A DNA stretch of 34,582 bases from contig JAWBPF010000003.1 in NCBI GenBank assembly GCA_038825355.1, positions 1 to 34,582 of the forward strand. Reading direction: 5' to 3'. The translations under genes were made by a program, and so were the position numbers. Numbering within the stretch: position 1 is the stretch's first letter; the number at the start of each line of letters is the position of its first letter. The notes under the pieces were generated by a model that did no database searches, was not told where the DNA came from, and saw only the letters and a list, made by a program, of their open reading frames with translations. The stretch is from Candidatus Bathyarchaeia archaeon (GTDB lineage: Archaea; Thermoproteota; Bathyarchaeia; 40CM-2-53-6; DTGE01). Positions 9,021 through 18,017 of the stretch are shown one piece after another.

Positions 9021-9314
9021 ATGGACCTGCAGAGAGAGCTTAGGCTGGCCTTGGAGAGCGGTGAAGTATCTGTAGGCTTCAGAGAAGCCTTGAAAGCCGT
9101 CAGGACGGGAAAGGCTAAATTATTAATAGTGTCCATGAATCACTCAGATGAGGTTAAGGGGCTCCTAGGAGATGCCTCGGAGATTCCGGTTTATAGATTT
9201 AAGGGCAGTAATATCGATCTAGGAGCATTGTGCGGTAAGAGACATCCCATCTCCATATTAGCTGTCAAAAAGCCGGGGACATCGGACATCCTCAGCTTGG
9301 TGGGTGGAGGATAG
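9021..9314 (+). CDS. rpl30e: 50S ribosomal protein L30e
   Basis: G.V..G.REALKA, DLGALCGK.HPIS.LAV..PG.SDIL motifs; canonical position after rpoA. Confidence 0.93.
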   Translation: MDLQRELRLALESGEVSVGFREALKAVRTGKAKLLIVSMNHSDEVKGLLGDASEIPVYRFKGSNIDLGALCGKRHPISILAVKKPGTSDILSLVGGG

Positions 9315-9321
9315 GCTGGAA

Positions 9322-9756
9322 TTGGCGTCGGGTATAAAGCTGACGGGGGATGAGATGCGCTACATAGCTCTCTTTGAAAGCGTAACCAGGGCAACAGCCC
9401 TGGACTGTATAATAGATGGTAGGAATGACCGTGTAATATTCGTGGCTAAGCAGGGGGACATGGGCTTAGCGATAGGGAAAGGTGGTAAGAACGTCGGGCT
9501 ACTACGGAAACTATTAGGGAAACCTGTCGAAGTCGTGGAGTACTCAGACTCCCCGGATCAACTTGTCAAGAACAGCCTTGCTCCAGCAAGGATAAGATCG
9601 GTCAGGATGGCTGAAAAACCTGGAAGGCGCATATTAATAATAGAGGTTGACCCGAAGGATAAGGCGTTAGCTATTGGACGCAACGGTAAAACCATAGAGA
9701 AGACGAGGATGCTCGTCAAGCGGTATTTCCAGATAGACCATGTGACAGTCACGTGA
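9322..9756 (+). CDS. nusA: Archaeal NusA (KH-domain transcription factor)
   Basis: IKLT.DEMRYIALFE, AIGKGGKNV and AIGRNGK KH motifs. TTG start at 9322 follows GGAGG; 9304 is the alternative. Confidence 0.95.
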   Translation: MASGIKLTGDEMRYIALFESVTRATALDCIIDGRNDRVIFVAKQGDMGLAIGKGGKNVGLLRKLLGKPVEVVEYSDSPDQLVKNSLAPARIRSVRMAEKPGRRILIIEVDPKDKALAIGRNGKTIEKTRMLVKRYFQIDHVTVT

Positions 9757-9808
9757 AAATTATTTCATATACGAGCAGGGATCCCGGAGGCCTCGCTGAG
9801 CTAGAGTC

Positions 9809-10672
9809 TCAGAGCCTATAATTAAGCTTGCCTTTAAATAGTTTATCTGCTAAATCCATTAGATACTCCACGTTATACAATCTAGTCCACCACCTGTAGG
9901 GGACATCCTCTAAGCAGTGTAGTGCTCCTGAAATAGCGCCTGCCAAGGCGGAGATGGTGTCCGTATCGCCGCCCAAGCTTACCGCGTAGGAGACAGCTGC
10001 TTCGAAGCTTCCAATCCTTGATAATGCGCAGTAAATAGCTGCAGGCGTAGATCTCGAGGCTTCCAATGAATTACCAAGTATTTTTATGACCCTCTTCTTA
10101 TCCGGCGGCGACTTAAGGAACCATCTTATAGCTTTAAACTTCTTCCGGTAGTGAAAGTGCATCGTTAAGGCTTCTAATTCCTCTATAAGATCAACTGGAT
10201 CAATACAGCCCCATGGGATCCTTTTGATCGATGAAGCAACAGCGTAGGCTTGAATAATTACACCCTCCACCGTCAACTCTTGGACATGCGTTGTTAAGCC
10301 TGTTCCATTGAATGCCTCTCTGAGGGAGACAAAATCGTCATAGTAGAAAAGGCCAACCGGCGTAATACCCACAGCTGAGCTGCTACTCAACGGTCCTATA
10401 TCATATGCATTAAACGGGTTTAGATCATCTAAAAACCCGTGAACTCCACGCTCATCAGCGGGTCCCTTATGGTGCTCTATTAAGGATTCAGCGACTCTTA
10501 TCATCGCTTCGATGTCGCTGGAATATCGGTCAGGAATCATTTCGAGAGGCCAAGGTTCTAACTCTAAATCCTTGAAATCTACTCCTTTGAAGGGTACTCC
10601 CAACGCGCTACCTACGGCCGATCCCACTATGGCTCCCTGAAACTTCGAATGGAGAAGCCTCTCCCAGTACAT
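9809..10672 (-). CDS. ADP-ribosylglycohydrolase-family protein with degenerate active site
   Basis: KFQGAIVGSAVGSALG and C-terminal AVSLGGDTDTISALAGAISGA. Start is probably ATG 10672; 10705 is the alternative. Confidence 0.8.
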   Translation of the reverse strand: MYWERLLHSKFQGAIVGSAVGSALGVPFKGVDFKDLELEPWPLEMIPDRYSSDIEAMIRVAESLIEHHKGPADERGVHGFLDDLNPFNAYDIGPLSSSSAVGITPVGLFYYDDFVSLREAFNGTGLTTHVQELTVEGVIIQAYAVASSIKRIPWGCIDPVDLIEELEALTMHFHYRKKFKAIRWFLKSPPDKKRVIKILGNSLEASRSTPAAIYCALSRIGSFEAAVSYAVSLGGDTDTISALAGAISGALHCLEDVPYRWWTRLYNVEYLMDLADKLFKGKLNYRL

Positions 10673-10685
10673 TACTTCTACATCC

Positions 10686-10895
10686 TCATCTATTGGAATA
10701 GGCATCTATTAAACGTCCTATTGAGCGGTCATAGGTTCGCTCAACCTCAGATGGGAATAAACACCCAGGGAGTTCACCTCTCGCCCTATGGAAAGATATG
10801 CACTCGCAGCATCTCCCCCTTTTATCGCAAGAGATGTAGGTACATGTACATTTAGTTAGGTTCCTTTCTAAGTTAGGACACTTCATATAGCTCAT
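10686..10895 (-). CDS. Small Cys-rich protein (DUF6485-like)
   Basis: C.CTY..C.KRG.CCECI..H....ELPGC.F....ERTYDRS pattern; AAGGAGG SD upstream of ATG 10895. Confidence 0.8.
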   Translation of the reverse strand: MSYMKCPNLERNLTKCTCTYISCDKRGRCCECISFHRARGELPGCLFPSEVERTYDRSIGRLIDAYSNR

Positions 10896-10992
10896 ATGCG
10901 GTCCTCCTTTAAATATAAATCGATGATTCAAGTGTTAACATTTGCTTCAATCTCCTATAGGTCCAAGAATATGAAACAAGTATTTCAGCCTC

Positions 10993-11703
10993 CTAGCGCT
11001 GTGTTTTCCAGGCCTCTAGAACAATTATCTGCTCATATGGAAGCCTTAATCTACATATGACCTCCACTCTAAGTTTCTCTCTCATGGTCCTGAGAAGCCA
11101 TTGGATGCCCCCTAGAGACGAATAAACCATCTGGATTCTGCCGGCATCTTTCAGGAAGCTGGGGGCCTGACGTAAGAATTTCCTTACAACCTCCAATCCG
11201 ACGCCTCCACGCCAAGCGCTTTCTAATGTATTACGGGGCTCCTTTGGAATATATGGAGGAGAGAATATGATTAAATCGAATAGCTCCCCTATAACAGGTT
11301 CGAATAGGTCCCCCCACCTAGCCTCCACTCTATCGGCTACGCCGTTTAACAACGCATTTAATCTAACTGCTTCGAGAGCCTTTTGATTATGATCCACAGC
11401 CACCACGTATCCACCCTTTAAAGCTGCATGGACTGCTTGTACACCGCAGCCAGATCCTAAATCTAGGATCCTATCACCCTCTTCGACTTTCAAACGTCTA
11501 GTTAAAAGCTTACTGGTCCATACGCCTTCAGGTGTAAAGACTCCTGGAGGGACAATGAAGCTTCTACCCTCTACTTTTACACGCCTCTTAAACCTGTGTA
11601 GGCTATGCCAGAGTCTTAGGCTTAGATCCATAAGCTCCAGATAAAGACGCGGGGCTTCCATCCTACTAGGAATGCCTTCCAAACTCGACCATCTTTGAAT
11701 CAA
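10993..11703 (-). CDS. HemK-related class I SAM-dependent methyltransferase
   Basis: ILDLGSGCG motif I and DLIIFSPPY (NPPY-like) motif. Confidence 0.85.
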   Translation of the reverse strand: MIQRWSSLEGIPSRMEAPRLYLELMDLSLRLWHSLHRFKRRVKVEGRSFIVPPGVFTPEGVWTSKLLTRRLKVEEGDRILDLGSGCGVQAVHAALKGGYVVAVDHNQKALEAVRLNALLNGVADRVEARWGDLFEPVIGELFDLIIFSPPYIPKEPRNTLESAWRGGVGLEVVRKFLRQAPSFLKDAGRIQMVYSSLGGIQWLLRTMREKLRVEVICRLRLPYEQIIVLEAWKTQR

Positions 11704-11796
11704 TGAGGATAGTAAGCGCAGGATAAAGAAATATGGGTTTAAACGGCTAAATATATTTCTCCAAACCTTCTCCAGGAAAGGTTCTATGCCTTGTAT

Positions 11797-12891
11797 TTAC
11801 CGTTCTATTTCTCCAGCAATATATTTCTCTATGAGTATCCTAGCTTCGGCGTCGCTGTATTGTATCGGTGGATGCTTCATTAGATATGCTGATGGTGAAG
11901 TTAACGCTCCGCCTACTCCCCTGTCCAATGCCAGTTTAAGGCATCTTATAGCGTCTATAACTATCCCCGCTGAGTTTGCTTTATCATCTACTGAAAGTTT
12001 GCATTCTATCTCGAAAGGCCTGTTTGCGAACATTCGTCCTTTTATGTTTATATAGCATATCTTGACGTTTCCTAGGAACGGTAGAAAATCAGACGGCCCT
12101 ACGTATATTTTATCATCGTCCATTCTCTGGGTTAACTGGCTTGTCACAGCCTCCGTCTTAGATATCTTCTTGGAGATAAGCCGGGAACGTTCAAGCATGT
12201 TGGCGAAGTCAGTGTTTCCACCGACATTTAACTGGTACATCTGATCTATCACAGTACCCCTGTCGCCGCACATCTTAGCTAGAACCCTGTTCAGGATTGT
12301 GGCGCCTACTTGGCCTTTTACGTCATCTCCTATTATCGGGAGTTTTTTCTCCTCGAATTTCGAAGCCCACTCTCGACTCGAAGCGATGAATACGGGCATG
12401 CAGTTTATTAATCCTACATCTGCCTCTAAAGCTATTTCAGTCCAGTATTTTGTAGCTAATTCACTTCCGACTGGAAGATAATTTATTAATAGCTCTGTTC
12501 CCGTGGATTTTATCTCCTCTATAATGTCTCTTCTGAGATCTTCGTCGCTTTTGCTCTGTGTTTTAGGTTTTATCATCTTCTCAACGTATACGCCTACGCC
12601 GTCTAGTACTGGGGCTTCATGTACCACCGCATCCATCCTGGGGACTTCTGGGAGCCAGTCTACGCAGTTCGGGGCCTGGTATATAGCCTCGCTAAGGGAT
12701 TTACCTATCTTATTCTCCGAGACGTCGAACGCCGATGCGAATTCTATGTCGTATATACTATATTCCCCGATCTTTTCATGCATTATCCCTATAGCTATCT
12801 CTTCGGGGTTTCTCCGGTAGTATTCTATCCCTTGTACTAGGCCTGCGAAGCAGTTTCCAACGCCTATGATGCCAGCCTTAATCTTAGACAA
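11797..12891 (-). CDS. ino1: myo-Inositol-1-phosphate synthase
   Basis: IIGVGNC, NYLPVGSE, GDDVKGQVGAT, QLNVGGNTDF, SKKISKT and D..NSAG motifs. Confidence 0.95.
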   Translation of the reverse strand: MSKIKAGIIGVGNCFAGLVQGIEYYRRNPEEIAIGIMHEKIGEYSIYDIEFASAFDVSENKIGKSLSEAIYQAPNCVDWLPEVPRMDAVVHEAPVLDGVGVYVEKMIKPKTQSKSDEDLRRDIIEEIKSTGTELLINYLPVGSELATKYWTEIALEADVGLINCMPVFIASSREWASKFEEKKLPIIGDDVKGQVGATILNRVLAKMCGDRGTVIDQMYQLNVGGNTDFANMLERSRLISKKISKTEAVTSQLTQRMDDDKIYVGPSDFLPFLGNVKICYINIKGRMFANRPFEIECKLSVDDKANSAGIVIDAIRCLKLALDRGVGGALTSPSAYLMKHPPIQYSDAEARILIEKYIAGEIER

Positions 12892-13008
12892 ATCCGATCA
12901 CAGTATTTTATATTTATGAAATAGTTGTATATAAGCATAATGGGCACCTCCTCCGAAGCGACATAACGTTAAATATTTCTGGTCCAACCCTTATTTATGT
13001 GGTGAGTC

Positions 13009-14394
13009 ATGGACTCGAAGACAGAGGGATACTCTTCTGAATATGCCGGGGAAGTCGTAGCCAAGGTGGTTGAAGAGTTCAAATCCACAGTAGATGTATC
13101 GATTCAAATAGATAAAAATGAATATAAGGGGCGTTGGAGAAAAGTACAGGAGGCGATGGACGCCAAAGGCTACGACTCTATCTACATTTGTGGTAGCGAA
13201 CTAGATAGGTCAGACGTAGCTTGGCTGGCAGGGGTATTCGATCCGATCATAGAGAGATACGGCGCATTACTCCCTAGGGATGGGTCTCCCATCATATTAG
13301 CGGGACCTGAAGGGGGGCACGTCATAGAAGAAGCTGCCGAGAGATCAGGTGCTGAAGTCATATTTCTGAGAGACTTCCAGATCTCCGATGAGGAATATAG
13401 ATGGGCCAGGTTCATAGGACTAGACCAGCTTCTAGAAAGGATAGGCTTAGGTAGGGGTAACAGGATAGCCATATGCTCCAGCGGAGAGTTCATCCCCTAC
13501 GATCATGTAGCGATGCTTCAGGGTAGGCTGGGCTCTGATAATGTTGTATTCGATCCCATACTCCTCCGTAATATTAAATATGAGAAGTCCGAAAAAGAGC
13601 TTCTGATAATGCAGCAAGCCAACAGGGTAGCAGACGCCGCTTTAAGAGGTATGCTAGCCGTACTCCTTCCAGGAGCAACTGAGCTCCAAGTGGCTGCAGT
13701 CGGAGATCACATAGTGAAAGCTCTGGGAGGCACCAGGACGGGGTTCCCGACAATAGTTACATCAGGCGAGAGAGGATACACTGTAATAGGACCTGCCACC
13801 AATAGGGTGATCCACATGGGGGAGATAGTATCCCTAGGCGTCAGCCCTACCTTCAACGGCTACCATGGAGTTATAAGGCGTACAGTAAAGGTGGGAGAAG
13901 GATTCACTTCGGAGGAACGAGAGTTCATGGAGGCCGTGGAAGGCCTATACAAGGTGGTCATGGAGGCTACTTCAAGGGCGGCATCGGAAAGTCTCCCATC
14001 GAACCTAATCGATAGGGAAGGCAAGGAATATCTGAGTAAGCTTAAACTTAAGACTTTAAAGGGAGATTGGGGGACGCCGTGGGAGCCTTACACATTCATC
14101 CATAACATGGGCTGCTCTGAATGCCAGGAAGGATACGGTGCAGTAACCCCTTACACTTCCAAACCCCTAGGAGACAGGCTAAGCTTAGCGGTAGATGTAG
14201 CCCTAACAGGTTTCCAGATGCGTGGAGAACAGGTTTTCTCGATCCTTTACGCGGTTATAGAGGATGCATTCTGGAAGGATGGATCTAGAATAGGGGTGTA
14301 CAATGAGTTGCCATTGCTGGTGCAGCATCTCGTAGGTAACCTCCAGCCGGTGAGAGGAGGTGGAGTAAACCCATACCATGTCTCCTACGAGTGA
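13009..14394 (+). CDS. M24 (pita-bread fold) creatinase/prolidase-like protein lacking canonical metal ligands
   Basis: Creatinase-type N-domain, KSEKEL..M..A..VAD, PGATE.QVAA and F.TIV.SG motifs. Confidence 0.75.
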   Translation: MDSKTEGYSSEYAGEVVAKVVEEFKSTVDVSIQIDKNEYKGRWRKVQEAMDAKGYDSIYICGSELDRSDVAWLAGVFDPIIERYGALLPRDGSPIILAGPEGGHVIEEAAERSGAEVIFLRDFQISDEEYRWARFIGLDQLLERIGLGRGNRIAICSSGEFIPYDHVAMLQGRLGSDNVVFDPILLRNIKYEKSEKELLIMQQANRVADAALRGMLAVLLPGATELQVAAVGDHIVKALGGTRTGFPTIVTSGERGYTVIGPATNRVIHMGEIVSLGVSPTFNGYHGVIRRTVKVGEGFTSEEREFMEAVEGLYKVVMEATSRAASESLPSNLIDREGKEYLSKLKLKTLKGDWGTPWEPYTFIHNMGCSECQEGYGAVTPYTSKPLGDRLSLAVDVALTGFQMRGEQVFSILYAVIEDAFWKDGSRIGVYNELPLLVQHLVGNLQPVRGGGVNPYHVSYE

Positions 14395-14465
14395 ATCAAT
14401 AAGGCTTCTTGGAGAAACCGAAAGGATTATTTTACACCGTTTAATAAGCTCTCGAGGCGGGTAAA

Positions 14466-16001
14466 TTGCTGGAGAAGAGTGCGCAAATCCAAATTCTGAG
14501 GAATACTGAAAGCCTCTGCCCTGAATGCCTAAAGGTCATTCCAGCACAGATCTTTATCGACGAGTCGAATCAAGTGAAGATAGGTAAGACTTGTATTGAA
14601 CATGGATACTACGAGGATACCTATACCTTCTCGGACGCCGGGCTTTACACTTGGGCTGAAAGCTACGCCTATGAAGGGGTTAAACCTGAGAACCCCCTTT
14701 CAGAGACCAGTAAAGGCTGCCCCTACGACTGCGGCTTATGTCCCCAGCACAGATCCCAGACGGTTTTAGCCATAATAGATGTAACGAATAGGTGTAACCT
14801 TAGATGTCCCATATGTTTCGCTAATGCGGCAACTGCAGGGTACGTCTATGAACCTACGATGGAGCAGATAGAGGGTATACTGAAGAACCTGAGGGCTACG
14901 AGGCCGGTTCCACCCCCAGCGCTGCAGTTCAGCGGTGGAGAACCAACCGTGAGGGATGACTTACCCGAACTAATAGCCACGGCGAAGAGGTTGGGCTTCG
15001 AGCATATAGAGGTCAATACGAACGGGATAAGGTTCGCTAAAGATGTAGGCTTCATGAGAAGCTGCCTAGAGGAAGGGATGGATACTATATACCTTCAATT
15101 CGACGGCTTAGACGATGAGATCTATAAAAAATCTAGGGGTGTACCGTTAACAGGGGTAAAGCTTAAGGTCTTGGAGAACGCTAGGGGGATAGGATTAGAA
15201 AGCGTAGTCTTAGTGGTGACTCTTGTAAGGGGATTCAACGATCACCAATTAGGCGATATAGTCAGGTTCGCTATGGATAACTCCGATGTGATAAGATGCG
15301 TCAACGTTCAACCGGTCTCTATAACTGGAAGGATAGACAGAGAATCAAGGGAGTCCATGAGGATCAATACTACGGATTTCATGAAGCTCCTTGAATCCCA
15401 GACCAGCGGCCTCATAAAAGCCTCGGATTTCAGGCCTGTACCTTCAGTGATCCCGGTTTCACGGGCGGTGGGCGCTTTAAAGGGAAAGAGATACGTGGAA
15501 TTCTCAACTGCTCCATGGTGTGGCGTAGCCACCTTCATGATCAAAAGGGATGATAAGAGCTGGATGCCGATAACGAAGCTTGCAGATGTGGATAAGTTCT
15601 TCCAAGCAATGCTGAAGGTGGCTGGGGAGGTTGAGAAAGGAAAGAGGTTCTCAGCTAAGATGAGGATCCTAGCCTCCCTGAGGCACGTCAAGGCAGGCTT
15701 TATAAGGGAGGTACTTTGGCCCGTCCTAAGGGATGGAAGCTACGATGCCCTAGGAGGCTTCATGAGAAGAATATTGATGATCGGCTGCATGCACTTCATG
15801 GATCCCTATAACTTCGACCTACAGAGAGTTCAGAGATGCACGATCCATTACGGCTTACCCGACGGAACAATTCGTCCTTTCTGCTCATACAATACGCTTC
15901 ACAGGAGGAAAGTGGAGGCTGAGTTCTCCATACCCTACGAGGAATGGCTTAATAACCATGCTGGTAAAGGAGCCGAAAGCCGAGGAGGCCGATGCTCATA
16001 A
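14466..16001 (+). CDS. tes: Radical SAM tetraether lipid synthase (Tes/GDGT-MAS, MJ0619 family)
   Basis: N-terminal TESLCPEC...C.EHG, CPYDCGLC..H, CNLRCPICF radical SAM motif, and C-terminal MHFMDPYNFD..RV.RC.IHY..PDG...PFCSYN. Confidence 0.88.
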   Translation: MLEKSAQIQILRNTESLCPECLKVIPAQIFIDESNQVKIGKTCIEHGYYEDTYTFSDAGLYTWAESYAYEGVKPENPLSETSKGCPYDCGLCPQHRSQTVLAIIDVTNRCNLRCPICFANAATAGYVYEPTMEQIEGILKNLRATRPVPPPALQFSGGEPTVRDDLPELIATAKRLGFEHIEVNTNGIRFAKDVGFMRSCLEEGMDTIYLQFDGLDDEIYKKSRGVPLTGVKLKVLENARGIGLESVVLVVTLVRGFNDHQLGDIVRFAMDNSDVIRCVNVQPVSITGRIDRESRESMRINTTDFMKLLESQTSGLIKASDFRPVPSVIPVSRAVGALKGKRYVEFSTAPWCGVATFMIKRDDKSWMPITKLADVDKFFQAMLKVAGEVEKGKRFSAKMRILASLRHVKAGFIREVLWPVLRDGSYDALGGFMRRILMIGCMHFMDPYNFDLQRVQRCTIHYGLPDGTIRPFCSYNTLHRRKVEAEFSIPYEEWLNNHAGKGAESRGGRCS

Positions 16002-16092
16002 GATGGAAGGAAACAAGCCAACATCCATGTGTTCCGGCTATTAGATAAGTTCATAACCTAGTTTCATCCACTTCCCTTTTGAGGAAACACTC

Positions 16093-17307
16093 TTGATCCG
16101 TATAGGTTTGGTGGGGAAGACTAATACGGGCAAGACTACCTTCTTCAACGCCTCAACCCTTATGTCAGCTGAGGTTTCAACTTATCCCTTCACGACTAAG
16201 AAGCCTAATACGGGCCGTGCATACGTTCAATCCATATGCGTCTGCAGGGAATTGGGAGTCAGAGATAATCCACGGAACAGCCTCTGCATCGATGGATGGC
16301 GTTTCATACCCGTGGAGTTGGTGGATCTTCCAGGGCTTATAAAAGGAGCCCATAAGGGTCGAGGCCTGGGAACCCAGTTTCTAGGAGTTATAGGACAAGC
16401 AGATGCGCTGGTCCATGTAGTCGACGCGTCAGGGAGTGTGGATGCTGAAGGCCGGATAACCAGGCCCGGGATGGGGAATCCTGTTGCCGACATATATGAT
16501 GTCGAGACAGAGATAATTCTCTGGTTCGCCGATATCATAAAGAGGGGTCAAAAGCAGATAGGGAAGGATGTGCGGGGAGGCAGGCCCCTCACGTCTTCAG
16601 CTTTAACTCGAACCCTGGCGGGGTTAAAGGTGAAGAGAAGCCATGTGGAAAATGCCTTAGAGTTGTCCGGGCTAGCCGATAAACCCTTTGAGTCCTGGAA
16701 TGAAGAGGATATTATGGAGTTTGCAAGGAAGATAAGGGATATCTCCAAGCCTACGATAATAGTAGCCAATAAAATGGATCTAGCTAAAGCCGACGAGAAC
16801 TATCAACGCCTAACCGAAGCCTTCAGCGACCGTATAGTCATTCCGGCTAGCAGCGAAGCGGAGCTAGCCCTTAGAAGAGCTGAAAACCAGGGCCTAATAA
16901 AGTATGTGCCGGGGGAGGAGACCTTTAAGGTTCTCGATGACGGTCTCTTAACAAAGGAGCAGAGATGGGCATTGAGCTATGTCCAGAGTAGGGTGCTCTC
17001 GAAGTGGATCCGGACAGGGGTTCAATTCGCCTTAAACATATGCGCCTTTAAACTCCTGGGCATGAACGTGGTGTATCCTGTAGAGGATTTGAGTAACCTA
17101 TCCGATAAGGAGGGAAACATACTACCCGACGCCTTCCTAACTCCTCCTGAAGCCACCGTTAAGGATCTCGCAGTCCAGATACATTCGGATCTAGCTAAAG
17201 GACTCCTCTACGCCCTAGACGCGAGGACAGGCTTACGCCTCCCAGTGGAATATAAACTAAGGGACAGGGACGTAGTTCATATAGTGTCGGCGATGAGGAG
17301 GGGCTGA
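16093..17307 (+). CDS. ychF: Archaeal YchF/Obg-family translation-associated NTPase with TGS domain
   Basis: GKTNTGKT, YPFTT, DLPGL, NKMD and C-terminal TGS (IHSDLA) motifs. Confidence 0.92.
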   Translation: MIRIGLVGKTNTGKTTFFNASTLMSAEVSTYPFTTKKPNTGRAYVQSICVCRELGVRDNPRNSLCIDGWRFIPVELVDLPGLIKGAHKGRGLGTQFLGVIGQADALVHVVDASGSVDAEGRITRPGMGNPVADIYDVETEIILWFADIIKRGQKQIGKDVRGGRPLTSSALTRTLAGLKVKRSHVENALELSGLADKPFESWNEEDIMEFARKIRDISKPTIIVANKMDLAKADENYQRLTEAFSDRIVIPASSEAELALRRAENQGLIKYVPGEETFKVLDDGLLTKEQRWALSYVQSRVLSKWIRTGVQFALNICAFKLLGMNVVYPVEDLSNLSDKEGNILPDAFLTPPEATVKDLAVQIHSDLAKGLLYALDARTGLRLPVEYKLRDRDVVHIVSAMRRG

Positions 17308-17328
17308 AATCTAGGCTAGCCTCAAATT

Positions 17329-17910
17329 TCAACCTCGCCTCGTAACGATCTTCAATAGGTCAGCCTTGGTTATTATGCCTTTAACCTCTCCCTTTAAGGT
17401 CACAAGCACAGCCGGCGTATATCTCAGCAGTGTAGAGATCAGGTTAACAGGGGTTGAGCCGTCAACCAGTGGGAAGGACTCCTCCATGATCTCTTCTACG
17501 GTCATCTCCGACAGGCTTACGGGATCCCTAACCTTTAACATGGCACCTATAATGGTGCCCTCAGACACGCTGCCTATGACCTTTCCCTCCTTATATACTG
17601 GGAGCTGTGAATATCCGGTCCTGCCCATAAGCTCTGAAGCATCGGAGACCGCTGCGCTGCAGTCTATGCCGGTTACGTTTGGATGCATAACATCCATGGC
17701 CTTCAACTCCTCCCTGGACTCCAATCGTTCCAAGACATCAAATAAGGCTTTAGCTAACTCATAGGATGGGTTTATCTTACCCGCCTCTATCTTAGCAACG
17801 AAGGATTGGCTTACCCCTGAAAGCCTCGCCAGTTCCCTCTGATTTAGTCCGAGGCTCCTCCTACGTTTAGCTATCTCCTCTAGGGATGGGAGTGGCAATC
17901 CTACAGTCAT
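17329..17910 (-). CDS. Cro/C1-type HTH transcription regulator with C-terminal CBS pair
   Basis: RR.LGLNQRELARLSGVSQS.VAKIE.G...PSY followed by two CBS repeats (SQLPV, GIITKADLL). Confidence 0.92.
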   Translation of the reverse strand: MTVGLPLPSLEEIAKRRRSLGLNQRELARLSGVSQSFVAKIEAGKINPSYELAKALFDVLERLESREELKAMDVMHPNVTGIDCSAAVSDASELMGRTGYSQLPVYKEGKVIGSVSEGTIIGAMLKVRDPVSLSEMTVEEIMEESFPLVDGSTPVNLISTLLRYTPAVLVTLKGEVKGIITKADLLKIVTRRG

Positions 17911-18017
17911 CCCTTAGTCAACTGATTATTCCTATCGGAATATTTTTGACAGCATAACATAATAATTTAAACTTTGCCTCAATAGCCTCGGCCTTTAACT
18001 TTGGTGAAGGGAGCAGG

